Below are positions 42,121 through 51,443 of a stretch of DNA of 64,000 nt, in pieces. Where the stretch lies: NCBI GenBank assembly GCA_964372275.1, contig CAYJRR010000004.1, forward strand, positions 7,113-71,112. Direction: 5' to 3'. Every line of letters starts with the position of its first letter. The first letter of the stretch is position 1. A program made the translations under genes and the position numbers. The notes under the pieces were generated by a model. That model made no database searches. It had not been told where the DNA came from and saw only the letters and a program-made list of their open reading frames with translations. The DNA is from an uncultured bacterium (GTDB lineage Bacteria > CAYJRR01).

Positions 42121-42666
42121 CTACTGGACCTTGTCCTCGGGCGCCTTGCTCTCCGCATCGAGCATCGTGGCCGTGGGGTCGATGGAGCCCCCGAGGCACC
42201 ACCGGTGGGGGTTTTCGATCGCCGTGGGGTTGTTTTTTGCCCACCTGCACTCCGCCTTCTTCAGCGCCTTCAACCGCTTCACGCATTGGATCCAATGCCC
42301 ACCGTCGGTGCCGGGACCGAACTCCGTGAACACTCCGGGGCTGACCGGCAGCTTTGGATTGAAGTTCTTCCGGCAGTAGTTCTCCTTCTGCCGCTCGGTC
42401 AACTCCCCCTTGAACATCTTCTGCTGCTCCGCGGTGACTTCGCCGAACGCATGGACCACGGCCTTCGGAACGGCCAGAGGATCGCCCCCACTCTCTCCAC
42501 TTTCGGCGTCAGGACCGCACGTCCCGTCGCACCTGCATTGGGGAAGCATGTTGCCATTTCCGTCGGTGCAGCCGACTTTCGATTGTCCCCAGGCAATGGA
42601 GGAGAGAACCAGCACCGAGCCAAGGCAGAAAACGCCAAGAACGTCCTTCCAGCAGCCCGCGCTCAT
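42121..42666 (-). CDS. secreted Cys-rich small protein, hypothetical
   Basis: ATG at 42666. Signal peptide present. It sits in a locally lower-GC patch. Confidence 0.45.
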   Translation of the reverse strand: MSAGCWKDVLGVFCLGSVLVLSSIAWGQSKVGCTDGNGNMLPQCRCDGTCGPDAESGESGGDPLAVPKAVVHAFGEVTAEQQKMFKGELTERQKENYCRKNFNPKLPVSPGVFTEFGPGTDGGHWIQCVKRLKALKKAECRWAKNNPTAIENPHRWCLGGSIDPTATMLDAESKAPEDKVQ

Positions 42667-42766
42667 CTTCCCAACCCTTCGAGAAACGATTTCTTTGGTT
42701 TGATGCAACTCGCGGGCGCATTCAAGGACGTGAACCGGCTCTCGGCAACGGAAAACTCGTGTCCGA

Positions 42767-42806
42767 TTGACATGCTACGCACATGTGAGCATGCTATGCA
42801 CATGTC
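42767..42806 (+). promoter_or_regulatory. putative vapB promoter/operator: TTGACA -35 hexamer overlapping two 17-nt direct repeats (CATGCTAyGCACATGTs), each ending in the palindromic half-site ACATGT
   Basis: Read directly from the sequence, immediately upstream of the RHH antitoxin start codon. Confidence 0.5.
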
Positions 42807-43035
42807 GAAGATGATTCAGATCCGAAACGTCCCCGACGAGGTCCACCGTCGGCTGAAGGCTCGAGCGGCAGAGGCGGGGATGACGCTTTCCGATTACCTG
42901 CGCAGGGAGGTCACGGAGGTCGCGCGCCGTCCCACCGTTCACGATCTCGTGGAGCGGCTCCGCTCGCGCACCGCGGTCCACCTGCCGACCAGCGCCGCGT
43001 CCGCCGTCCGAGAGGAGCGGGACCTTCGCACGTGA
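42802..43035 (+). CDS. vapB: ribbon-helix-helix antitoxin (VapB/FitA-like)
   Basis: MSKMIQIRNVPDEVHRRLKARAAEAGMTLSDYLR is a typical RHH antitoxin. In-frame ATGs at 42796 and 42811 are alternative starts. Confidence 0.75.
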   Translation: MSKMIQIRNVPDEVHRRLKARAAEAGMTLSDYLRREVTEVARRPTVHDLVERLRSRTAVHLPTSAASAVREERDLRT

Positions 43036-43430
43036 CCGTCCTGGACGCCTCTGTCGTGGTCGACCTCCTCCTGCGATCGACGCGCGATTTCGACGCCGTA
43101 GCCGCCCGCATCGCGGCGGAGGCGCCGCGACTCGCGGCGCCGCACCTGCTGGATGCCGAAGTGGCCCAGGTGCTGCGCCGATTCGTGCGAAGCGGCGACC
43201 TCTCGCCGTCGCGTGCGACGGAAGCGCTGATCGATCTCGACGGGCTGCCCGTGACCCGCTATCCGCACCTTCCGCTCCTTCGGCGGGCGTTCTCCCTGCG
43301 GGAGAACGCGACGATCTACGACGCGCTCTACCTGACCCTCGCCGAGGCGCTCGGCGGTCCGCTTCTGACGCGGGATCGCGCCCTCGCCTCGGTCCCCGGC
43401 CATCGCGTGCGGGTCGAGGTCTTGTCCTAG
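43032..43430 (+). CDS. vapC: PIN-domain toxin VapC
   Basis: GTG at 43032 overlaps the vapB stop. The N-terminal LDASVVVDLL carries a PIN acidic residue. 132 aa. Confidence 0.75.
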   Translation: MTVLDASVVVDLLLRSTRDFDAVAARIAAEAPRLAAPHLLDAEVAQVLRRFVRSGDLSPSRATEALIDLDGLPVTRYPHLPLLRRAFSLRENATIYDALYLTLAEALGGPLLTRDRALASVPGHRVRVEVLS

Positions 43431-43539
43431 AGGATGGGCGCAGAAGGCCGCGCCGACCGCGGTTCGCGTCGGTTCGAGTCGCCTTGACCGGTCTCGACCC
43501 TCGCTGCTATCAACCCTCTTTCCTTTCAGGGGGTTGGCC

Positions 43540-44808
43540 GTGGGCGCGCTTCGCCTTTCGGCGTGGCGGTCGGTGTCCGACGAGGACTGGGCCGACGGAC
43601 GCTGGCAACTCAAGAACCGCGTCACGACGCGCGCGGCGCTGGAGTCGGTCCTCGCCCTTTCCGACGACGAGCGGGCCGGCGTCGCCGCCGCCGAGACGAG
43701 CGGCGGATTCGAGTGGGGGATCACCCCCTACTACCTCGACCTCGTCGACCCCTCCGATCCGCGCGATCCGATCCGGTTGCAGTGCGTTCCGCGCGGCGCG
43801 GAGGGGCACGTCGTTCCGCACGACCGGGTCGATCCGCTCGGGGAGGACCCGAAGATGCCGGTGCCGGGGCTGGTGCACCGCTATCCGGATCGCGTCCTCC
43901 TGCTGTTGACCGACCGCTGCAGCGTCTATTGCCGCTTCTGCACCCGCCGGAGGCTGGTCGGGACGGAGGAGCGTCAGCTTCGCGCCGCGGAGCTGGATCG
44001 CATCGTCGACTACCTCCAGAGCCGGCCGGAGGTCCGCGAGGTGATCGTCTCCGGCGGCGATCCGCTGGTCGCCGGCGACCGATTCCTGGAGACGACGCTC
44101 GCCCGGTTGCGCGCGCTCCCGTCGATCGAGCTGTTGCGGATCCACACCCGCATGCCGGTGGTCTGCCCGCAGCGGATCACCGCGCGGCTCGCGCGGACGC
44201 TCCGGCGCTTCCAGCCGCTCTACGTCGTCACCCACTTCAACCACCCCTACGAGGTCACCCCGGAGGCGGCGGCCGCCTGCGCGCGGCTCGCCGACGCCGG
44301 CGTGCCGCTCGCCAATCAGGCGGTGCTGCTCGCCGGGGTCAACACCGACGCCGCGATCCTCGAGGCGCTTTCCCGGGAGCTCTTGCGCGTGCGCGTCCGG
44401 CCCCACTACCTCCATCAGGGGGACCTCGCGTCGGGGACCGAGCACTTCCGCACGCCGCTCGACGCGGGTGTCCGTCTCCTCTCCGCGCTCCGAGGGCGCC
44501 TGTCGGGGCTCGGGATCCCGCAGCTGATCGTCGACCTGCCCGGCGGCAAGGGGAAGGTCTCGGTCGCGGCCGACCCGGTCGCCCGCCGCCACGGCCGCGA
44601 GATCGACTTCCACGCCCCGCTGGGAGGGACCGCGCGCTACGTCGAACCGGCGGCGACCGACCTCGCCTGCTCGACGGCCCACGCGGTCGCGCGCCGCTAC
44701 CGCATCGCGCCGACCGAGGCCCGCCCCGCCCTCGACGCGGCCGCCACCGCGCGGCGTCCGGCGGACGCTCCTCTCGTGCGACTCGCCCGGCCGGGAGGAC
44801 GACAGTGA
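43540..44808 (+). CDS. kamA: lysine 2,3-aminomutase (radical SAM)
   Basis: CSVYCRFCTRRR is the CxxxCxxC radical-SAM cluster in the KamA-specific context. GTG at 43540 or TTG at 43534 is the start. Confidence 0.85.
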   Translation: MGALRLSAWRSVSDEDWADGRWQLKNRVTTRAALESVLALSDDERAGVAAAETSGGFEWGITPYYLDLVDPSDPRDPIRLQCVPRGAEGHVVPHDRVDPLGEDPKMPVPGLVHRYPDRVLLLLTDRCSVYCRFCTRRRLVGTEERQLRAAELDRIVDYLQSRPEVREVIVSGGDPLVAGDRFLETTLARLRALPSIELLRIHTRMPVVCPQRITARLARTLRRFQPLYVVTHFNHPYEVTPEAAAACARLADAGVPLANQAVLLAGVNTDAAILEALSRELLRVRVRPHYLHQGDLASGTEHFRTPLDAGVRLLSALRGRLSGLGIPQLIVDLPGGKGKVSVAADPVARRHGREIDFHAPLGGTARYVEPAATDLACSTAHAVARRYRIAPTEARPALDAAATARRPADAPLVRLARPGGRQ

Positions 44809-46418
44809 GCCGCGAACGCGGGCCGATCCAGGTCGACGCCAGGAAGATCGCGGCCGCGCGCGCGCTGGCCGAGTCGATCACCGCCGACGTGCAGGCGTTC
44901 ATCGACCGCCATACCACCGTTTCGGTCGAACGCAGCGTGCTGCGGCTGCTCGGCGTCGACGGCGCGCACAGGGCCGACGGCGCCGAGGTACCGCTGGTGA
45001 ACGTCGTCGTCGAGGAGGTCCGAAAGGCAGGAAGGCTCGACGACGGGATCGCCTCCGTCCTCGCCGCCGCGGAGAAGACGCAGGGCGGAAGCCTCCAGGA
45101 GGTCTGCGAACGGATCGCCCGGAAGGAGATCGAGCCAGGCAGCCTTCCGCGACTCGATCCCGGCGAGGTCGAGGCGATGCTAGGGCTCAGAGCCGACGAC
45201 GCGGTGGCGCGCCTGCACGCCTGCCGCGATCGGAAGCGGGAGAAGCTGGCGAAGTACGGCGACGCGACCCGGCCCTACAACTACGTGATCGTCGCCACCG
45301 GGAACATCTTCGAGGACGTTGTGCAGGCGAAGGCCGCCGTCGACGCCGGCGCCGACATCATCGCGGTGATCCGCTCCACCGCGCAGTCGTTGCTCGACTA
45401 CGTCCCGATCGGCACCACCACCACCGGCTTCGGCGGCACCTGGGCCACCCGCGAGAACTTCCGCGTGATGCGCGCCGCGCTCGACGAAGAAGAGAAGAAG
45501 CGGAACCGCTACCTCCGGCTGACCAACTACTCCTCCGGGCTGTGCATGTCGGAGATTGCGGTCCTGGCCGCGTTCGAGGACCTCGACTGCCTGCTGAACG
45601 ACTCGATGTACGGGATCCTCTTCCGCGACATCAACATGAAACGGACCTTCGTCGACCAGTACTTCAGCCGGCTGGTCTGCGCCAACGCCGGGATCATGAT
45701 CCAGACCGGCGAGGACAACTACCTCACCACCGCCGAGTCGCTGGGCGCCTTCCACCAGGTCGTCGCCAGTCAGTTCATCAACGAGTCGTTCGCCAAGCGC
45801 GCCACCCTGCCGGACGAGCTGATCGGACTCGGACACGCCTACGAGATGGACCCGGCGACCCCCGACTCCTTCCTCCTGGAGCTAGGACAGGCGCTGCTGG
45901 TCCGGGAGTGCTTCCCGCACGCGCCATTGAAGTACATGCCGCCGACGCGGCACATGACGGGCGACATCTTCTTCGGCCACGTCTACGACTCGTTCTTCAC
46001 GCTCGCGTGCGTCTGGAGCCGTCAGACGACGCAGCTTTTGGGAATGCCGACCGAGGCGGTTCACACCCCGCTCCTGATGGACCGCTACCTCTCGCTGGGC
46101 GCGGCGAACTACGTGAAGCGGGCCGCGGCGGGGATCGCCTCTGAGGTCCGGTTCGCGCCCGACGGCATCGTCCAGACGCGCGCGCGCCAGGTGCTCGACG
46201 AGGCGCTCGCGCTCCTGGAGGAGGTCCGGCGCGTCGGATTGATGAAGGCGATCTCGCTCGCGCGCTTCGCCGACGTGAAACGCCCGGTCGACGGCGGAAA
46301 GGGGCTGGAGGGGGTGGTTCCCAAGTCCCGCCGCTACGCGAATCCGCTGTCGGGGCGGATGCTTGAGGGCCGTCCCGCGAATAAATCGAAGGGGCGTTCC
46401 GTCGACCTTCGCAGGTAG
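44805..46418 (+). CDS. kamD: lysine 5,6-aminomutase alpha subunit (beta-lysine 5,6-aminomutase)
   Basis: GTG at 44805 overlaps the kamA stop. 537 aa with a PLP-binding TIM-barrel-type sequence, conserved along its length with KamD. Confidence 0.8.
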   Translation: MSRERGPIQVDARKIAAARALAESITADVQAFIDRHTTVSVERSVLRLLGVDGAHRADGAEVPLVNVVVEEVRKAGRLDDGIASVLAAAEKTQGGSLQEVCERIARKEIEPGSLPRLDPGEVEAMLGLRADDAVARLHACRDRKREKLAKYGDATRPYNYVIVATGNIFEDVVQAKAAVDAGADIIAVIRSTAQSLLDYVPIGTTTTGFGGTWATRENFRVMRAALDEEEKKRNRYLRLTNYSSGLCMSEIAVLAAFEDLDCLLNDSMYGILFRDINMKRTFVDQYFSRLVCANAGIMIQTGEDNYLTTAESLGAFHQVVASQFINESFAKRATLPDELIGLGHAYEMDPATPDSFLLELGQALLVRECFPHAPLKYMPPTRHMTGDIFFGHVYDSFFTLACVWSRQTTQLLGMPTEAVHTPLLMDRYLSLGAANYVKRAAAGIASEVRFAPDGIVQTRARQVLDEALALLEEVRRVGLMKAISLARFADVKRPVDGGKGLEGVVPKSRRYANPLSGRMLEGRPANKSKGRSVDLRR

Positions 46419-46445
46419 AATCCACGAGAACTCTTGGAGGGTCCC

Positions 46446-47117
46446 ATGGTCTCCACGCCGAACCCGCGCAACGCTCCGGTCCTGGTCCCGGTCCTGACGG
46501 CGGTCGCGTCGATCGCCAGCCTCGTCGCGGGCTGCGGACCGCCGCCCGCCACGCCGCGCGCCGAGACGATCGAGCAGTGGGCGACCGGGAGCACCTCCTC
46601 CTCGAACGGATCGACGGGGACCGACTGGGCGTCGATCCAGGCGTTGGGGGAACCGGACGTCGTCGACGAGTTCGGGACTCCGATCTGCGACGACAACCCG
46701 AACGCCTGGTCGCCGGCCGAGGCCAATCCGGTGCCCGGCGTGAGCGGCGGCGACTACATCGACGATTGGCTCGAGCTCACCTACGACTACTACGTCTTCG
46801 TACGCAAGGTCCGCATCTACGAGACGTTCGCGCCGGGGGCGATCGTGGCGGTCGACCTGGAGCGCACCGACGGCGCGCTGCCGCCGCTGCCGGTCTACGA
46901 GAACCCCGACGGCAACGGCGAGATCCCCGGGCCCACGCCGTGCCCGAGCGTCTTCAAGATCGAGACGACGAACGGACCGACCCCCGACCAGTACAACCGG
47001 GTGGTGATCTACATCGACTCCAACCTGGTCGGCGACGTCAACGGCGTGAACGGGTCGGAGGACGACTACAACGAGATCGACGCCGTCCAGCTGATCGGCG
47101 ACATCCTCGTCGACTGA
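46446..47117 (+). CDS. lipoprotein, hypothetical (inserted between kamD and kamE)
   Basis: ATG at 46446 with a GGAGGG ribosome-binding site. Lipobox SLVAGC. 223 aa. Confidence 0.6.
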   Translation: MVSTPNPRNAPVLVPVLTAVASIASLVAGCGPPPATPRAETIEQWATGSTSSSNGSTGTDWASIQALGEPDVVDEFGTPICDDNPNAWSPAEANPVPGVSGGDYIDDWLELTYDYYVFVRKVRIYETFAPGAIVAVDLERTDGALPPLPVYENPDGNGEIPGPTPCPSVFKIETTNGPTPDQYNRVVIYIDSNLVGDVNGVNGSEDDYNEIDAVQLIGDILVD

Positions 47118-47124
47118 CCGGCGC

Positions 47125-47928
47125 ATGGACGCCCATCTGCCGAAGACCTCCTCCGCGGGAGGGGCTCGCGGTCCGGACCCGAAGAACCTACGAGCCTACG
47201 GCGACATGTGGGACGACGGGACGCTGCAGGTCTCGTTCTGCCTGCCGATGGAGGCGGGTCCCGAGGCGCGCGAGGCGGCGACCCAATACCTGCAGAAGCA
47301 CGGTTTCAAGAAGATCGGGATCGCGGAGATGGGGCGGGCGGCCGCCGGGTTCTCCTTCTTCGTCGCCTATGTCCGCTCGCCGGTCTCGGTCGACGTCACG
47401 CGGATCCGCGTGCCCAAGGTCGACACCCCACGTCTGTCGTTCGACGAGGTGAACGACCTCCTGCGAACGCGGCTCGGTCGGAAGTTGGTGGTCGTGGGGG
47501 CCTGCACCGGCGCCGATGCCCACACCGTCGGGATCGACGCGATCATGAACATGAAGGGGTTCGCCGGGGACTACGGGCTCGAGCGCTACCCCGAGATCGA
47601 GGCCCACAACCTGGGGGCCCAGGTGCACAACCGCGACCTGGTGGCGAAGGCGAAGGAGCTCGGGGCCGACGCCATCCTCGTTTCGCAGGTGATCACCCAG
47701 CACGACATCCACGTCGAGAACCTGCGCGAGCTGATGGAGGAGATCGAGAAGGCGGGGATGAAGGAGAGGCTGATCACCGTCGTCGGGGGTCCGCGCGTCA
47801 CGCACCGGCTGGCAGTGGAGCTCGGCTTCGACGCCGGGTTCGGACGGGGGGCGACCCCGTCGGAGGTTGCCTCGTATCTTTCGCAGGAGCTGCTGAAGCG
47901 GTCGAAGCCGGCGAAAGGCGAGCGGTGA
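47125..47928 (+). CDS. kamE: lysine 5,6-aminomutase beta subunit (B12-binding)
   Basis: The cobalamin-binding DxHxxG motif is GADAHTVG. Rossmann-like B12 domain. 267 aa. Confidence 0.8.
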   Translation: MDAHLPKTSSAGGARGPDPKNLRAYGDMWDDGTLQVSFCLPMEAGPEAREAATQYLQKHGFKKIGIAEMGRAAAGFSFFVAYVRSPVSVDVTRIRVPKVDTPRLSFDEVNDLLRTRLGRKLVVVGACTGADAHTVGIDAIMNMKGFAGDYGLERYPEIEAHNLGAQVHNRDLVAKAKELGADAILVSQVITQHDIHVENLRELMEEIEKAGMKERLITVVGGPRVTHRLAVELGFDAGFGRGATPSEVASYLSQELLKRSKPAKGER

Positions 47929-48147
47929 CGGCTGTCCGCGCCGTCCCGCGCGGGCGTTGACGTCGACCCGTTCGGTTGTTGTCATCCTCCTGTGAGCCGC
48001 GACGACAAGACCCGAGAGACGAAGGCCCCGCGCCCGCTGTCCGGCGACCGGTCCCGCACGAGCGGCGGGTCGGCCGACCCTTGGGCGGCCGACGAGCAGA
48101 CGCGGCTTTCGAAGCAGCGCCGGCCGCAGGCCAAGCTCCGTCTGCGG

Positions 48148-48507
48148 ATGTCGACGCACGACGCCCACTACGGCGGGAACCTCGTCGACGGAGCGCGGAT
48201 GTTGGCGCTGTTCGGCGACGTGGCGACCGAGCTGTTGATCCGACTCGACGGCGACGAAGGGTTGTTCCGCGCCTACGATCGGGTCGAGTTCCTGGCGCCG
48301 GTCCACGCCGGCGACTACGTCGAAGCGGTCGGGCGTCTGGTCGACCTGGGGAACACGTCGCGCCGGATCGAGTTCGAGGCGTGGAAAGTGATCCGCGCGC
48401 GCCCCGACCTCTCCGACTCCGCGGCCGAGGTGCTCGAGGAACCGGTGCTGGTCGCCCGCGCGTCGGGGACCTGCGTCGTCCCCGCCGCGAAACAGAGGCA
48501 TCGCTAA
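48148..48507 (+). CDS. kal: 3-aminobutyryl-CoA ammonia-lyase (hotdog fold)
   Basis: The C-terminal ~119 aa match the Kal size and fold. The upstream in-frame extension to GTG 47992 is low-complexity and probably not translated. Confidence 0.65.
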   Translation: MSTHDAHYGGNLVDGARMLALFGDVATELLIRLDGDEGLFRAYDRVEFLAPVHAGDYVEAVGRLVDLGNTSRRIEFEAWKVIRARPDLSDSAAEVLEEPVLVARASGTCVVPAAKQRHR

Positions 48508-48509
48508 AC

Positions 48510-49328
48510 GTGGACAAGCTGATCGTCACCTGCGCCGTCACCGGCGCCGAAGTCACCAAGGCCGACAACCCGGCGGTCCCCTACACCCCGGAGGAGCTGG
48601 CGGAAAGCTCCGCCGCGGCGGTCGAGGCGGGGGCCGCCGTCATCCACCTGCACGTGCGGCACCCCGATGGCCGCCCGGCCTACGAAGCGGAGATCTTCCG
48701 CGAGGTGGTGCGGCGGATCCGTGCGCGATGCAATCCGATCGTGATGGTGTCGACGGGCGGCGCGGTCGGGATGAGCGTCGAGGAGCGATGCCAGGGCCTC
48801 GAAGCCGGCACCGAGATGGCCTCGCTCACCACCGGCACGGTGAACTTCGGTCGCGACGTCTTCCTCAATGAGCCGGAGACGATCGAGCGGATCGCCGAGA
48901 CGATCCGGGCGAAGGGGGCGAAGCCGGAGATCGAGGTCTTCGACGCCGGGATGATCGACAACGCCGCGGCGCTGGTGAAGAAGGGGCTGCTGCGGCCGCC
49001 GCTCGCCTACCAGTTCGTGCTCGGGGTTCCCGGCGGGCTGGGAGCGAGCGCGCGAAACCTGACCTACCTCGCCGACTCGATCCCTTCCGGGTCGACCTGG
49101 ACGGTCGCCGGCGTCGGTCGCCACCAGTTCACCATGGCGGCGCACGCCATCCTGATGGGAGGGAACGTGCGCGTCGGTCTCGAAGACAACGTCTACCTCC
49201 GCAAGGGGGTGCTCGCTCCGTCGAACGCGGCGCTGGTGGCGCGTGTGGTGGCGATCGCCAGGGAGTTCGACCGCGACGTGGCGACCCCCGACGAGGCCCG
49301 CGCACTCCTCGGACTGAAGTCGAATTGA
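48510..49328 (+). CDS. kce: 3-keto-5-aminohexanoate cleavage enzyme (BKACE, DUF849)
   Basis: GTG at 48510. The N-terminus is KLIVTCAVTGAEVTKADNPAVPYTPEEL, and the His-rich IHLHVRHPDG motif is present. 272 aa. Confidence 0.8.
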   Translation: MDKLIVTCAVTGAEVTKADNPAVPYTPEELAESSAAAVEAGAAVIHLHVRHPDGRPAYEAEIFREVVRRIRARCNPIVMVSTGGAVGMSVEERCQGLEAGTEMASLTTGTVNFGRDVFLNEPETIERIAETIRAKGAKPEIEVFDAGMIDNAAALVKKGLLRPPLAYQFVLGVPGGLGASARNLTYLADSIPSGSTWTVAGVGRHQFTMAAHAILMGGNVRVGLEDNVYLRKGVLAPSNAALVARVVAIAREFDRDVATPDEARALLGLKSN

Positions 49329-49329
49329 A

Positions 49330-50550
49330 GTGGTGAACCTGATCGGGCTCATGTCCGGCACCAGCGCCGACGGCGTCGACGCCGCCTGGGTGTCGATTGC
49401 CGACGGACGAGGCTCGCGCGCGCGGGCCGGCCGCCCACGCGTTTCGGTCGTCGCCCACCTCACGATCCCCTTCCCTCCCTCGATTCGCCGCCGGGTGCTG
49501 GCCGCGGCAGACGACGCGCCGTTGCCGGCCTCCGAGTTGGCGGCGCTCGACGCGGAGGTCGGAGAACGATTCGCGGCCGCCGCCCTCGCCGTCGCCCGAA
49601 AGGCGCGCCGGCCGCTCGCGTCGGTGCGGGCGATCGGATCGCATGGACAGACGGTGCACCACGCCCCCGACGCGCGTCCGCGGGTTTCGATGCAGCTCGG
49701 CTCCCCGTTCGTGATCGCCGAACGCACCGGACGGACGGTCGTCGCCGACTTCCGGCGCCGCGACCTGGCGGCCGGGGGCCAGGGGGCGCCGCTGGTGCCG
49801 CGGGCACACGACCTCCTGTTCGGCGGATCGGATCGCGGTCGCGCCATCCTGAACCTGGGAGGGATCGCCAACGTCACCGTCCTTCATCCCCGGACCCGCT
49901 CGCGCGCGGCGCGGTCGGCGCGCGCGACCGACTCCGGACTCTTCGCCTTCGACACCGGACCGGCGAACATGGTCCTCGACGCGCTGACCTGGCGGTTCAC
50001 CCGTGGCCGGCGCCGCTTCGATCGCGACGGCGCGATCGCCCGCCGCGGTTCGGCCGACGACTCCCTCGTCGATCGTCTGCTGCGCGACCCCTACTTCCGC
50101 CGGCGGCCCCCGAAGAGCACCGGGCGGGAACGCTTCGGCGAGCGCTTCACCGAACGGTTGATCGCGCTCGGGAAGCGGCGTGGGATGACGGCCGCCGACC
50201 TCCTCGCGACCGCGGCCGAGCTCACCGCACGCTCGATCGCCGACGGCATCCGCCGCTTCGTGCTCCCGCGCGTCGCCGTCGATCGGTGTTTCCTCTGTGG
50301 AGGCGGCGTGCACAACGTCGACCTCGTCGCTCGGCTCCGCCGCCGGCTCGAACCGCACCGGATCGCCCTCGACACCACCGCCGCCCTGGGGGTCGACCCC
50401 GATGCGGTGGAGGCGGTCGCCTTCGCGCTCCTCGCCCGGGACACACTGGACGGTCGCGCCGGAAACGTCCCGCGCGCCACCGGAGCCCGCGGTCCGCGCG
50501 TCCTCGGCGCGATCGTGCCCGGGACCCGGGTCCCGGACGAACGGCGGTAA
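49330..50550 (+). CDS. anmK: anhydro-N-acetylmuramic acid kinase
   Basis: The N-terminal GLMSGTSADGVDAA motif is conserved in AnmK. 406 aa. Confidence 0.8.
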   Translation: MVNLIGLMSGTSADGVDAAWVSIADGRGSRARAGRPRVSVVAHLTIPFPPSIRRRVLAAADDAPLPASELAALDAEVGERFAAAALAVARKARRPLASVRAIGSHGQTVHHAPDARPRVSMQLGSPFVIAERTGRTVVADFRRRDLAAGGQGAPLVPRAHDLLFGGSDRGRAILNLGGIANVTVLHPRTRSRAARSARATDSGLFAFDTGPANMVLDALTWRFTRGRRRFDRDGAIARRGSADDSLVDRLLRDPYFRRRPPKSTGRERFGERFTERLIALGKRRGMTAADLLATAAELTARSIADGIRRFVLPRVAVDRCFLCGGGVHNVDLVARLRRRLEPHRIALDTTAALGVDPDAVEAVAFALLARDTLDGRAGNVPRATGARGPRVLGAIVPGTRVPDERR

Positions 50551-50559
50551 GATCGCCGC

Positions 50560-51114
50560 ATGACGCTGCGGGAACTGATCGCGATCGCCGGCTCGGATCC
50601 GAGGATCCTCGGTGGCACTCTCGGAGTTCCGCCGCTCCTCGCCTTCGTCACGGGGCTGCTCCACCGGAAGGGGGCGGGCGGAGCCTCACCCTGGAAATAC
50701 GGCTACATGGTCCTGGTCTACCTCGCCTGCGTGCCGGCGGTGATGGCGGCGATGCTCACGCTCTTTACGCTGCTGTTCACGCGCGAAAACCTGCTGGACG
50801 TCGACGCCACCGTCTACCTGCTCCCGATCGTTTCCGGAGGGGTGACGCTGGCGCTGGTGCGACGGCGCGTCTCCTTCGACGAGATCCCGGGGTTCGACCG
50901 ACTCTGGGGCCTGATCGTGATGCTGGCGCTCACCTTCGCCGTCGTCTTCGCCCTCTCGCGCACCCACCTGTGGCTGTTCTTCGGCGGTTCGATCCTCCTC
51001 CTCGGCGCGCTCGTGGCCGGCGTCTTCGCCCTGATCAAGTGGGGGGCCTACATGGCCTTCCGTGGCCGCGACGAACCGAAGGTGAAGCCCCCGTCGATCG
51101 GCCTGCCGCGCTAA
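50560..51114 (+). CDS. hypothetical integral membrane protein
   Basis: Four or five predicted transmembrane helices. 184 aa. Confidence 0.5.
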   Translation: MTLRELIAIAGSDPRILGGTLGVPPLLAFVTGLLHRKGAGGASPWKYGYMVLVYLACVPAVMAAMLTLFTLLFTRENLLDVDATVYLLPIVSGGVTLALVRRRVSFDEIPGFDRLWGLIVMLALTFAVVFALSRTHLWLFFGGSILLLGALVAGVFALIKWGAYMAFRGRDEPKVKPPSIGLPR

Positions 51115-51125
51115 CGGCAGTTTGA

Positions 51126-51443
51126 TCAGAGCGCGGTGGCGAGATTCTCGACTGCGATCCGGCGTAGCTTGAGGTAGCGATTCTCGTCGATGCGACGCCG
51201 CTGCAGGGGTTTGCGAAGCCTCTCTCCGGCCTCGCCAATTTCGCGTGCGTAGCGGACCGGCCAGTGGTGCCGCCAGCCTTCCAGATAGGCAAGCAGGATC
51301 ACCGCGTGCGACTCCTGGAGACTCGCCGGATTGATCGCGGCAAGTGCGCGGCGCACGGCGGGAAAGTCGATCGACGCGGGTCTCTCCCGGATGGCGCCCT
51401 CGGGAAGTCCCGCGGCCGCCAGCGTCTTCCAAGGGTCCTCCAT
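51126..51443 (-). CDS. hypothetical small protein
   Basis: 105 aa with protein-like composition. Its ATG is read from the same CATG tetramer as the divergent gene on the other strand. Confidence 0.35.
   Translation of the reverse strand: MEDPWKTLAAAGLPEGAIRERPASIDFPAVRRALAAINPASLQESHAVILLAYLEGWRHHWPVRYAREIGEAGERLRKPLQRRRIDENRYLKLRRIAVENLATAL

Noticed and set aside
47992-48147. N-terminal extension of kal from GTG 47992
   Set aside because: The 52 residues are Arg/Ser/Thr-rich low complexity, which is not typical of Kal (~125 aa). The ATG at 48148 gives the expected size. The extension remains possible.
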